Of a stretch of 64,000 nucleotides of DNA, positions 48,552 through 58,041 are shown in pieces; the stretch's first letter is position 1, and each line of letters starts with the position of its first letter. The notes under the pieces were generated by a model. The model made no database searches and was not told the DNA's origin. It worked only from the letters and a program-made list of their open reading frames with translations. Source of the stretch: an uncultured Methanosarcinales archaeon (GTDB taxonomy: Archaea; Halobacteriota; Methanosarcinia; Methanosarcinales; Methanosarcinaceae). The position numbers and the translations under genes are program-made. Location: assembly GCA_964532775.1 (NCBI GenBank), contig CAZHNA010000001.1, positions 585 to 64,584 on the forward strand. Direction: 5' to 3'.

Positions 48552-50508
48552 GAGCTGCTGTCCCTCTTCTTCAAGTAAGCCTATAGATCTCAGTTCCAAA
48601 AATATCGCTTTTGTAGGAAATCCCAGTGTAGGAAAAAGTGCTTTTTTTTCAAGGGTTACCGGAATTGGGGTAATGGTTTCCAATTACCCGGGTACCACCG
48701 TGGAAATCACAAAGGGTGCTGTGCAGATAGGCAACAAGACGGTAAAAGTTGCAGACTTGCCGGGTATTTATTCGCTTGGGGCGGCTACTGAAGACGAAAA
48801 AGTTTCCAAGCGCTACCTGTTGAAAGAGCGACCTGACGTCATTATCAATGTGGTTGATGCATCCAGGCTGGAGCGGAACCTCTTTTTAACTCTCCAGATT
48901 CTTGAATTCGGCATACCCACTGTTGTTGCACTTAACCAAATTGATTCTGCACGTGAAATGGGAATTGAAATTGATGCAAAGAAGCTTTCAGAATTGTTGG
49001 GTGTCCCGGTAATACCCACGATTGCCACTAAAGGGGTCGGTCTTGAAGAAGTAATGAAAAAGGCTGTAGATCCAGCTCTTCCTTCTGACGGACGAATTCA
49101 TGTTCACTATGATAACCACATACGAAAAGCGGTTGAAGATCTTGGTGCTAAATTTCCAGAAACGGATAAAGTTACAAGACTGCGTGCGCTTGAATCAGAT
49201 GTGGAGTTTACTGAACTTTCCTGTGAGAAAGAGGTGGCTGAATCACTTCTTTATGAGTCCTCAAATCTTGCAAAAAGCATTGAACAGGTGCACAATATGC
49301 CTGTTTCAGATACGATTGCAAGGGATCTTTATGGTGAAGCCGGTCAGGTTACCCGGATTGTTGTGTCCCAAGGTGAAATTGAAAGGAAACTTAAACACCG
49401 CATAGATTCCGTCCTGACATCTGAATACGTTGGAATAGCAGGCTTGGTTGCAGCATTGCTTCTGACATTTTATGCAGTTTTCGGGATTGGTGGATTTCTT
49501 GAAGAAGGCATCGTTTATCTATTTGAGACTTATCTGATTGAACCTGCGCGATTGGTGATGGCAGGATATCATCCTGTTGTTAGCAACGTAGTGATCTATT
49601 CTCTACTCGGTATTGAAGCCGGCTTTGCGATTGCCGTTCCATACATCGGAATTTTCTATATCATCCTCTCCCTCTTTGAGGATTCTGGATATCTTACCCG
49701 TGCGGTTTACATAATGGACCGTGTAACTCATAAGTTGGGACTACACGGGCGTTCTGTAATCCCTCTTGTATTGGGATTTGGTTGCAGTGTCCCTGCAATA
49801 ATGGCTACAAGAGCTCTCAGTACTATGAGAGAGCGCAGGATCGCTTCAATGCTTATTTCATTGATCCCCTGCTCTGCACGAACTGTTATTATTCTCGGTC
49901 TTGTTGGAACTTTTGTAGGATTTTGGGCGGCAGTTTCCATTTATGTTCTCGAGATATTCATTATATTTTCAGTAGGATGGCTTCTGGGCCGTGCACTTCC
50001 GGGAGAAAGAACAGGATTAATTATGGAAATCAGCCCGTTGAGAAAACCTGATGGTGTAGCAACTCTGAAGAAAACATGGATGAGAATTCGTGAATTCATA
50101 TACGTTGCATTCCCGCTTTTGATTGTAGGGAGTGCGGTCCTCGGGGCGCTTGAAGTTACGGGGTTTTTGGGTACGTTTGATGAAATAGTCTCCCCAATAT
50201 TCGTAGGGGTTTTGGGGCTTCCGGCTTTTGCAGCAACAGCTCTTGTTTTTGGAATTCTTCGAAAGGAGATGGCGCTTGAAATTCTTGTAGTTCTTGCAGG
50301 GACCGCAAATTTCCTATTGGTTTTAACTCCTTTGCAGATGTACGTGTTTGCGGTTATTACTACAATTTACATACCATGTGTTGCAACCATCGCAGTACTA
50401 AAACACGAGCTTGGCACAAGGGATACGGTGGCAATGTCCACATTTACGGTTCTCCTTGCATTCATGGTAGGTGCAATAATCAATAACGTTGCACCACTAA
50501 TAATGTGA
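48529..50508 (+). CDS. feoB: Ferrous iron transporter B
   Basis: GNPSVGKS, NYPGTTVE, DLPGIYSL, GFGCSVPA, IPCSAR, YIPCVA. Confidence 0.95.
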   Translation: MLEVRLIKSCCPSSSSKPIDLSSKNIAFVGNPSVGKSAFFSRVTGIGVMVSNYPGTTVEITKGAVQIGNKTVKVADLPGIYSLGAATEDEKVSKRYLLKERPDVIINVVDASRLERNLFLTLQILEFGIPTVVALNQIDSAREMGIEIDAKKLSELLGVPVIPTIATKGVGLEEVMKKAVDPALPSDGRIHVHYDNHIRKAVEDLGAKFPETDKVTRLRALESDVEFTELSCEKEVAESLLYESSNLAKSIEQVHNMPVSDTIARDLYGEAGQVTRIVVSQGEIERKLKHRIDSVLTSEYVGIAGLVAALLLTFYAVFGIGGFLEEGIVYLFETYLIEPARLVMAGYHPVVSNVVIYSLLGIEAGFAIAVPYIGIFYIILSLFEDSGYLTRAVYIMDRVTHKLGLHGRSVIPLVLGFGCSVPAIMATRALSTMRERRIASMLISLIPCSARTVIILGLVGTFVGFWAAVSIYVLEIFIIFSVGWLLGRALPGERTGLIMEISPLRKPDGVATLKKTWMRIREFIYVAFPLLIVGSAVLGALEVTGFLGTFDEIVSPIFVGVLGLPAFAATALVFGILRKEMALEILVVLAGTANFLLVLTPLQMYVFAVITTIYIPCVATIAVLKHELGTRDTVAMSTFTVLLAFMVGAIINNVAPLIM

Positions 50509-50567
50509 TATGAAACCTGCGATTTAAATCGGTAGCTATTTAATATTTGTGTCTCCATATTATTGCA

Positions 50568-50786
50568 ATGACCCGGATGACCAATTCCAGCCAGAAAAAC
50601 GCAATGTCCGTTATGAAAGACATTTTTGAAATGGACAAATCTCGGGATCCAGAGGGTAGCGAAGTCGATTCATTGCTTGAATCGATTGGAACTCATGGAT
50701 ATTTGGTTGAGAAGGCAGCGGTGTATGACGGGGCTGAACTTGCTCATGTGCACACAAAAAAGGTGGGTAGTAAAAAAAGTTCATGA
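50568..50786 (+). CDS. Small hypothetical protein
   Basis: Short ORF filling the gap after feoB, AT-rich element upstream; start uncertain. Confidence 0.45.
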   Translation: MTRMTNSSQKNAMSVMKDIFEMDKSRDPEGSEVDSLLESIGTHGYLVEKAAVYDGAELAHVHTKKVGSKKSS

Positions 50787-51575
50787 AAGGCCTGGAACAA
50801 AGTTCAAAAGCTCTATTATCTTCCGTGATGTATTGTTCTCTACTTCTTCTTCCAGTCCGTAATCTTTTATAACGTGGTTTTCCAGGGATATGTCATCAAG
50901 ATAGCCATACCAATAAACCACAAGCCCGTTTCCATAAAGTCTCTCATATTCGCTGAATTGTTTTCGTATGTAGTGCGCGTGTTCAGAATGGTTTCCAAAC
51001 ACTGCTTTGCTTTCAATCCAACGAACTTTTTTTCCGTCAACTTCTAACGGCTCATTGAGTAAAAAATCAGGAGTCTTTGATGAATTGCTATCCCTTAAAT
51101 CATCTTCAGTCTAATAAGCAATGTCTTTTTCATCAAGCCAATCTGCAATAATTTCTTCACCCATCTGACCTCTGTGAGCCTGCATATGATGTGCCCATGG
51201 TGAAAAGAAAGGGTCCAATTCAATTGCCTCACAAATCTCTGAAGCAAGTCTTCTATCTGGCAGTTCATCAAGATGATTAAGGGTGTGCTTTTTAGAATAT
51301 CCCATCTGCTGCAGTAGATTAGATGTTACAAGAGTGGGGGGGAAGTTGTACAGGTCAGAGATTTCGATAATAGATTTGCCGCTTTTCCAGAGTCGCAGGT
51401 TCTTAGCAGTGTGCCTTTCCATGTTATGGAAATTCTTCTTCACATGATCTACAATCTTCTGATTCAGAATAGTTCCTATGACGCCTCTTGGTTGTCCAAA
51501 TTTTAGTGAAAGCCCTTCAATTTCATCAATTTTAGTGACTGAATTGCTAATCTAGTCATAGGTTTTTTTATCCAT
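50781..51575 (-). CDS. CDIN1/C15orf41 (TPD)-like PD-(D/E)xK nuclease with two in-frame TAG codons (putative pyrrolysine), 264 aa
   Basis: One frame from ATG 51575 to TGA 50781 broken only by TAG at 51552-51554 and 51111-51113; TEDDLR, KTPDFLL, WIESKA.FG, QFSEY, GLVVYWYG motifs. Confidence 0.8.
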
Positions 51576-52221
51576 CGAATTCTCCGTTGAAAGAGCATAC
51601 ATCACACTTTTTCTTAACGCAGTACTTTTTTGCGTATTCCACAATCAGTGCGTGATACTCTTTGTACATATCGACATCATCCGGAAGGTTTTCTTCAAAC
51701 AAGTCCTGTAATTGGTAATAATTTCCTTCAATGCCGACACATTTCATTATTCTCTTGGTATAAACATCTATAACAAACTTTTGTCTGTTGGCTGCATAAA
51801 GCACAATACTATCAGCAGTTTCCGGTCCTACGCCTTTGAGTGAAAGCATAGTATCACGAAGTTCCTCGAGGGGGAGAGAAAACACTTTCTCCATATCGTT
51901 TTCTGAGAAGAAGCGCGATATATTTTTTAGACGTTTGGCCTTTTGGCGGTAAAAACCAGTGCAAAAAATAAACTCTTCCAGCAACTTTTCATCTGCTGCT
52001 GCAATGCTTTTGGCATCCATCAGTCCTTTTTCTTTAAGCTTTTTGATGGCTTCTTCCACGTTTTGCCATCTGGTTTGTTGGGTGAGCAGTGCCCCAACAA
52101 TTACTTCAAAAGGAGTTTCCGCAGGCCACCAATGTTGGTTCCCGAATTCGTCTAAAAGCTGGTTGTAGATTCTGAGGATTAAAGCACTGTCAACATGCTT
52201 CTCAGATTTTTTCTCCTTCAT
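51568..52221 (-). CDS. HhH-GPD endonuclease III-related DNA glycosylase
   Basis: WWPAETPFEV, QQTRWQNV, LKGVGPETADSI, FVIDVYTKR, YHALIVE..K.YC. Confidence 0.9.
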   Translation of the reverse strand: MKEKKSEKHVDSALILRIYNQLLDEFGNQHWWPAETPFEVIVGALLTQQTRWQNVEEAIKKLKEKGLMDAKSIAAADEKLLEEFIFCTGFYRQKAKRLKNISRFFSENDMEKVFSLPLEELRDTMLSLKGVGPETADSIVLYAANRQKFVIDVYTKRIMKCVGIEGNYYQLQDLFEENLPDDVDMYKEYHALIVEYAKKYCVKKKCDVCSFNGEFDG

Positions 52222-52699
52222 CTGACCAGAACTCCTTTTCGTAATCTTCGGGAAGAACACCCATCATATCATCAAGTTTTGATGTCTTCTTTCCGTCATT
52301 GTCACTTTGGAGTTCTTTCTTTTTGTCAGAATTTACAATGGTGGAAGCAATTTCATCCACAGCTTTTGTATATGTCTCTTCTTCATCTTCAGGGAATGAA
52401 TCATGAAGGTTTTCTGTCTCAGGAGGTATTATTTTCTCCTGACGTAATACGGGTTTAGGAGGTTCTTCCACAATTTCCTTCTTCTTTGCTGGAGGCTGTG
52501 TTTTACGGAGTTTAACATCCCGCGCATAGGTGTCTTCAACAACATGCGCTGAGCCGGTTGTTTTATGGGTGTAGCGATACCCGATAGAACAATTTTCCTC
52601 TCTGGTTCTCCAATCGGTGTGGAACAGATGGCAATCACTGCCTCTGCATCCGTTTGTATTATCAAGGGGGCATTTTTGTGGAAGGGGCAATACAGTCAC
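52202..52699 (-). CDS. Hypothetical protein with Cys-rich N-terminus and charged tail
   Basis: CPL...C....CHLF...C; GTG start after AGGAGA. Confidence 0.7.
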   Translation of the reverse strand: MTVLPLPQKCPLDNTNGCRGSDCHLFHTDWRTREENCSIGYRYTHKTTGSAHVVEDTYARDVKLRKTQPPAKKKEIVEEPPKPVLRQEKIIPPETENLHDSFPEDEEETYTKAVDEIASTIVNSDKKKELQSDNDGKKTSKLDDMMGVLPEDYEKEFWSDEGEKI

Positions 52700-52705
52700 T
52701 CTCCT

Positions 52706-53554
52706 TTAGAGTTCTTTAATCGCATCAGCAATTAATGGGGCAACAGTGATCTTGCTTTGTGCTTTCTCTAGGGTATCGGTGGAAATGATGTCAGTAACTC
52801 CTGCATTGTAAAGCCTGACAACAGCATTCCTTGCAAGAACTGGGTGGACGCACGCAACATAGACTTCTGCGGCACCCTGCTCTTTCAGCATACGAATTGA
52901 TTCCGCCATTGTTCCGCCCGTTGCAATCATATCATCAAGTATGATTACTTCCTTGCCGACAACATCTATTTCCTTGTCTTTGATAGTGACACTGTCACTA
53001 CTGTGTCTTGTTTTCTCAAAGTAATCATAAGAAATTCCCACATTGGCAGATGCACTTTTAGCAAGTTCCAATGCTCCGGCATCCGGGGAAATGATGAGTG
53101 GGTCATTTAAGTTCAGTGTTCGTATGTAATTTCCGAATAAATGTGATGCATCCAGATCAAAAGAATCAGCGTTGAAATGTTCAAGAACTGTTTTTTTGTG
53201 GATGTTAACGGTAAAAACCCTGTCCGCATTGATGGTTCTGGCTATTGCACGGGAACTAATTGGTTCGCCGGGTTTGAACACTTTATCCTGTCTTGCATAT
53301 CCCATGTAGGGAATAACAACGTTGATTTTTGGTGCATTCTCACATGCATCGATGAGCTGGAGAAGAGCTATCAGATCGCTGTCTTGTGGAGTACTCTGGA
53401 TAATTGTTACATCATCTATTTCTTCATCAAGGACGCGTGTATAAAATTCACCGTCAGGGAATTGTTTGTATTCGCAGATTGTAGGCTGGATTCCAAGTTG
53501 TTGGGCAACTCTTGAAGCAAGTAATTGTGATGCGGGACCGGCTATTATTTTCAC
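52706..53554 (-). CDS. prs: Ribose-phosphate pyrophosphokinase
   Basis: FPDGE, PYMGYARQD, SPDAG, LDDMIATGGT. Confidence 0.96.
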   Translation of the reverse strand: MKIIAGPASQLLASRVAQQLGIQPTICEYKQFPDGEFYTRVLDEEIDDVTIIQSTPQDSDLIALLQLIDACENAPKINVVIPYMGYARQDKVFKPGEPISSRAIARTINADRVFTVNIHKKTVLEHFNADSFDLDASHLFGNYIRTLNLNDPLIISPDAGALELAKSASANVGISYDYFEKTRHSSDSVTIKDKEIDVVGKEVIILDDMIATGGTMAESIRMLKEQGAAEVYVACVHPVLARNAVVRLYNAGVTDIISTDTLEKAQSKITVAPLIADAIKEL

Positions 53555-53625
53555 AACATTCCCTCTCTATGGAGATTATGGTAAGATTTGGTTAGAAATG
53601 TGTTTGTGATTTATAAGGGATTGGG

Positions 53626-54099
53626 TTACTCAAGTTCTTCTTTCACTTTTTCAAGAACTCTAATATCACTAATGGAAGTTACCGGATAGTTTCCGGTTTC
53701 ATCTTTTTCAATAGCTTTGACCATATCCCATATTGTGAGAAGTGCACAACTGACTCCTGTGATAGCCTCCATTTCCACTCCGGTTTTTCCGATAGATGTC
53801 ACGGTTGCTTTCACTGTAATTCCCTCATCTTCAATTTCGAAATCCATTTTAATTCCATCAACAGGAAGAGGATGACATAAAGGAATTAATTCGGGAGTCT
53901 TTTTTATTGCCATTATGCCAGCTACCCGGGCAGTTGCCAGCACATTGCCCTTTTCTATCTCACCCTCCCGGATTCGACTTAAACTATCTTCTGATAGCAA
54001 GATTTTACCAGAGGCAGTAGCCCTGCGGTAAGCTCTTCCTTTGTCTGCAATATCCACCATATGGGCATGGCCATTTTTTATGTGGGTAAAATCTTTCAA
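53626..54099 (-). CDS. moaC: Cyclic pyranopterin monophosphate synthase
   Basis: MVDI, LIPLCHP, TGVEMEA, WDMVKA. Confidence 0.96.
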   Translation of the reverse strand: MKDFTHIKNGHAHMVDIADKGRAYRRATASGKILLSEDSLSRIREGEIEKGNVLATARVAGIMAIKKTPELIPLCHPLPVDGIKMDFEIEDEGITVKATVTSIGKTGVEMEAITGVSCALLTIWDMVKAIEKDETGNYPVTSISDIRVLEKVKEELE

Positions 54100-54114
54100 T
54101 AAATCACCTAACTT

Positions 54115-54297
54115 TTAGTCTATTCGAAGATTCTTCCTTTGCTCATAGTCTTTCAACGTTTCATCAAGAGCTTCCAGCAAATTATGTGCTTCTACGACGC
54201 TGAGTTTTATGATTTCTTCATCTTCGCCATGGTTGATAATCACTCTAAGACGCTGTCTTTCGATATCTACTGATATTTTCCTGTCATTTTCAGTCAT
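54115..54297 (-). CDS. Small conserved hypothetical protein
   Basis: 60-aa ORF with ATGA overlap to nnr and SD GAGGT. Confidence 0.7.
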   Translation of the reverse strand: MTENDRKISVDIERQRLRVIINHGEDEEIIKLSVVEAHNLLEALDETLKDYEQRKNLRID

Positions 54298-55784
54298 TGT
54301 TTGTACCTCTCCCCATTTATTGTTTCAGGAATTTTTTCAATTATGTCCGTCGCAATAAGGCCGTAGCCTTTCTCAGTAAATGCAATGTCGCCGGCAGCAC
54401 CGTTAATAAAAGCCCCGTTTTCTGCCGAATCCATTGCTCCATTTAATGCAAATAGGGCTCCTACAATACCGGCAAGGACGTCCCCTGTGCCCCCTACAGT
54501 CATTCCGGGATTGCCTGTTCTGTTAACCCTGCAATGTTTTCCATCTGAAATAATATCTGAACTGCCTTTCAGGAGTGTGACAACATTTTTCTCAAGGGAA
54601 AATTGTTTTACAAATTCAATTTTTTCTTCAAGGTCTTCAGGAGCGTTTCCGGCAAGTTTTCGGAACTCTCCGGCGTGAGGTGTGATTATTATATTATGCT
54701 CAGTTGCTACCGGAAGCTCAAGATCGTGAAGTGCATCAGCATCCAGTACAAGTTTGTCACATAGTGGAATAATCTGTTTTACAGCATCAAGTGTCTCTTT
54801 TTCCAGACCTAGCCCCATTCCCATTACAGTAACATCGTGTGCTTTGATTAGCTCTTTAAGTATAGTAATGTCCTCAGTGCAGAGTCTATCTGAGGTTAAC
54901 TCTTTAACGATTAGGTTAGGGGAAAAGGATGCAATTGTTTTTGCAACACTTTTTGGTGCTGCAACAGTAACAATATCTGCTCCGGTTCGTAGGGCGGCCA
55001 TCGCTGCGAGTGCAGGTGCGCCAGAGTATGCACCACCACCGATTATCAGGATTCTCCCTGCGTCTCCTTTATGACTTGTAAGTTTTCTTTGTGTAATTAG
55101 TTTGATGTCGCCTCCACCTACATCAGATTCTGCGTCCTTGCAAACGCCGATGGGGACTACTTTGATTTCTCCTGTAAACTCTCTTGCTTTTGGAGTTTCA
55201 AGTCCCGTTTTCATGCGGTGGAAAGTGAGTGTAATATCAGCTTTTACAGCTTTGCCGAAAACATTGCCATTGTCTGGATCGACCCCAGATGGTGTATCAA
55301 CGGCTACAACTTTAGCATTGCTGGAATTGATCAGATCGATTATCGTGGATTCTGGCTCTCGTATTGCTCCCTTGACCCCGGTGCCAAGGAGAGCATCAAT
55401 AATAACGTCTGCATTTACAAACCACTCGTTTGTAGCTGGTGAACCATCAAAAACATGGACTTCTCCAATATCACAGTGTGCAAGCAACTTGAAATTCGCT
55501 TTTGCATTTTCAGTTCGAATAGTGTCAGGTTTTCCCGTAAGGATTACTTTCACGTTTAGATTCTGAAATGCAGACAGATGTCTCGCCGCCACGAAAGCGT
55601 CACCGCCGTTGTTTCCTCTGCCTGCGACAATGAGTATCTCTCCAGCGCTGACATTGTTGGCAACTTCCCGGGCAATTGCTGCACCGGCATTTTCCATTAA
55701 TTGAATGCCCTTTAAGCCCAAGTATGAGCAGTTGGAATCAATAGCTCTCATTCGAGCGGATGTGATAGAATCCATGATATCCAC
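54294..55784 (-). CDS. nnr: Bifunctional NAD(P)HX epimerase/dehydratase
   Basis: LMENAG, GNNGGD, HKGDAG, LDADAL, TPHAGEF, GGTGDVLAG. Confidence 0.95.
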   Translation of the reverse strand: MDIMDSITSARMRAIDSNCSYLGLKGIQLMENAGAAIAREVANNVSAGEILIVAGRGNNGGDAFVAARHLSAFQNLNVKVILTGKPDTIRTENAKANFKLLAHCDIGEVHVFDGSPATNEWFVNADVIIDALLGTGVKGAIREPESTIIDLINSSNAKVVAVDTPSGVDPDNGNVFGKAVKADITLTFHRMKTGLETPKAREFTGEIKVVPIGVCKDAESDVGGGDIKLITQRKLTSHKGDAGRILIIGGGAYSGAPALAAMAALRTGADIVTVAAPKSVAKTIASFSPNLIVKELTSDRLCTEDITILKELIKAHDVTVMGMGLGLEKETLDAVKQIIPLCDKLVLDADALHDLELPVATEHNIIITPHAGEFRKLAGNAPEDLEEKIEFVKQFSLEKNVVTLLKGSSDIISDGKHCRVNRTGNPGMTVGGTGDVLAGIVGALFALNGAMDSAENGAFINGAAGDIAFTEKGYGLIATDIIEKIPETINGERYKQ

Positions 55785-55893
55785 ATATTAATCTTCTGTT
55801 GCTATTATTATTTATTGTTTGATGTCTATCTCCTCAAATACTTTCTCCAAAATATCTTAATAGCAGATAGTATTTCTATTGTAACAGGGAGGT

Positions 55894-57369
55894 GTGGTTA
55901 TACCCACTGGACCAAAAGATTCAGAAGCTCCTGAAAAGACACGTTTTAAACCCGTCTATCTGATCCTTGGAAGCGGAAGCATAGGATTTGCTATTGCCAA
56001 GGACCTCAGGGAAATGGGGAAAGATCTCATAATTGTTGATAGGGATTCTCAGAAAGTTGAAACTCTTCGTGAAGAAGCGTATGAAGCGATTGAAGGGGAC
56101 ATTTCTGAAGCTAAGACACTCAAACAGTTTAGTGGCAAAAAACTGAGTGGAGTCCTGATAGTTAGTTCTGATAACGAAGCCAACAAAAAGGCACTTAAGA
56201 ATGTCCGGGAACTGTTCGAACCGGATACTTATTGCATTACTCGCTCATCAGACGTCATTAATAAGCAGGAAATGGAAGAAATGGGTGCAAACCTTGCATT
56301 CATGCCTTCTAAGCTTGTTTCCAAATCGATTTCAAGATCGATTGGCAGAGCCGAATCGATGATGCTTGGAAACAAGCTTTCAGAGTGGTTCAAGAAACTT
56401 GTTGGTAGAAAGCTCGGGATTGTTATCCATGATAACCCTGATCCAGATGCAATGGCCAGTGCTCTTGCTTTGCAGCAAATTGCAGATCACCATGATGTGC
56501 GTTCTACAATTTTGTATCATGGAGAAATCGGTCATCAGGAGAACAAGGCATTTGTCAACCTGTTAGGTATTGATCTTAACAGGATGGAAAATCATGATAT
56601 TGCGGAATTCGAGGAGCTTGCCCTTGTTGATTGTGCCGTGCCCGGTGCAAACAACATGCTAAAAGAAGGACAGCACATTGGAGTCATATTTGATCATCAT
56701 CCTGTAAGTGAAGTAGAAGTAGATGCTGATTTTATTGATATCCGGCCAAATGTGGGTGCAACATCCACTATAATGACCAAGTATCTGCAGGAACTCAATA
56801 TTGATATTGGAAGTGTACTTTCAACGGCTCTTCTTTATGGTATCAGGACAGATACCATGGATTTCAAGAGGAATACCGAATCGGCTGATCTCTCAGCAGC
56901 TTCATTCCTTTATCCTCTGGCAGATCATGAAGTGCTTGAGCAACTTGAAAGACCGTCAATGTCTATTGAAACTCTTGATGTTCTCGGGGAAGCTATCAAT
57001 AACCGTCAGGTTATTGGAAGTTATCTTCTCTCAAACGTGGGTACTATACGAGACAGGGATACCCTTCCACAGGCAGCAGATTACTTGCTACATCTCGAAG
57101 GTGTTTTTACAACCGTCGTTTTCGGTGTCACGGAAGAGCGGATTTTCATATCCGGTAGAAGCAATGATATCCGTATTAATTTAGGAGAGGTTCTTAAGAA
57201 AGCATTTGGAGAAGGTGCTGCAGGTGGTCATAACACTGCGGCAGCAGCCCAGATACCGCTGGGTGTTTTTAACGATATCAAGGATAGGCAAACTCTTCTG
57301 CGCCTTGTGGACGAGGCAGTAGTCAAAAAATTCCTGAATGCAGTAGGTGTAGAGGAAGTGGATGAGTAA
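55894..57369 (+). CDS. TrkA-N/RCK domain fused to DHH/DHHA1 phosphoesterase
   Basis: GSGSIG, HDNPDPDAM, DHH, GIRTDT, AGGH. Confidence 0.88.
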   Translation: MVIPTGPKDSEAPEKTRFKPVYLILGSGSIGFAIAKDLREMGKDLIIVDRDSQKVETLREEAYEAIEGDISEAKTLKQFSGKKLSGVLIVSSDNEANKKALKNVRELFEPDTYCITRSSDVINKQEMEEMGANLAFMPSKLVSKSISRSIGRAESMMLGNKLSEWFKKLVGRKLGIVIHDNPDPDAMASALALQQIADHHDVRSTILYHGEIGHQENKAFVNLLGIDLNRMENHDIAEFEELALVDCAVPGANNMLKEGQHIGVIFDHHPVSEVEVDADFIDIRPNVGATSTIMTKYLQELNIDIGSVLSTALLYGIRTDTMDFKRNTESADLSAASFLYPLADHEVLEQLERPSMSIETLDVLGEAINNRQVIGSYLLSNVGTIRDRDTLPQAADYLLHLEGVFTTVVFGVTEERIFISGRSNDIRINLGEVLKKAFGEGAAGGHNTAAAAQIPLGVFNDIKDRQTLLRLVDEAVVKKFLNAVGVEEVDE

Positions 57370-58030
57370 GTCCGATACTTCCGCTCTTTTTTCTTCTATT
57401 TATGAAGAACTGGAATTAATTGAAAATCTCGATATTGATCAAATTGCTACTCAAATAAAATCCATGGGATTTGAGTGCACAAGATGTGGTAAATGTTGCA
57501 GGGGAAGCTTTGCGGATAATTCTGTTATTTTGAATTCGGAAGATCTTCATGTCCTTGAAAAAAAGTTATTAAAGGATGAATTTGTAGTTCCAATGGCCGA
57601 TATTTCTGGAGAATTACGTGAGTCTCATCTGATTGATGAAAATGGTGTCCTGCATACATTTGGGTGGATGCTAAAAAGAGATGAAAATCGAGATTGTGGC
57701 TTCCTTGAAAATGATTCAAAATGCCGTATTTATGATTCCCGGCCATTTCTTTGCCGAACTTATCCTTTTTTTCTTCATGATGGTAAGCTGGAAATCTGCG
57801 AGTGTGAAGGTATCGGAAGGCCTATTTCTATAGAAGAGGCAACAGAATTGGCGACTCATATCATTCACAGGAAATCCGTGGAACTCAATGATACTATCAA
57901 GGTTTATGAGAAATTCATTGAATCTGGTTTTACTCTTGAAGAGAAGGATGTCTCGCTTCTTGAGGATATAGGTACAGTTATGGTGCATGATACAGAGGGG
58001 ATTTCCCGGGTTGATGTTTCCGAATTTTAA
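57362..58030 (+). CDS. YkgJ-family cysteine cluster protein
   Basis: FECTRCGKCC...CGFL...CRIYDSRPFLCRTYPF...CEG. Confidence 0.88.
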   Translation: MSKSDTSALFSSIYEELELIENLDIDQIATQIKSMGFECTRCGKCCRGSFADNSVILNSEDLHVLEKKLLKDEFVVPMADISGELRESHLIDENGVLHTFGWMLKRDENRDCGFLENDSKCRIYDSRPFLCRTYPFFLHDGKLEICECEGIGRPISIEEATELATHIIHRKSVELNDTIKVYEKFIESGFTLEEKDVSLLEDIGTVMVHDTEGISRVDVSEF

Positions 58031-58041
58031 TCCATTCGATC

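Noticed and set aside
50781-51443. Two separate small ORFs, or a pseudogene
   Set aside because: Same frame, continuous family motifs, and the only breaks are TAG in a lineage known to decode amber; readthrough is simpler, although a pseudogene is not excluded.
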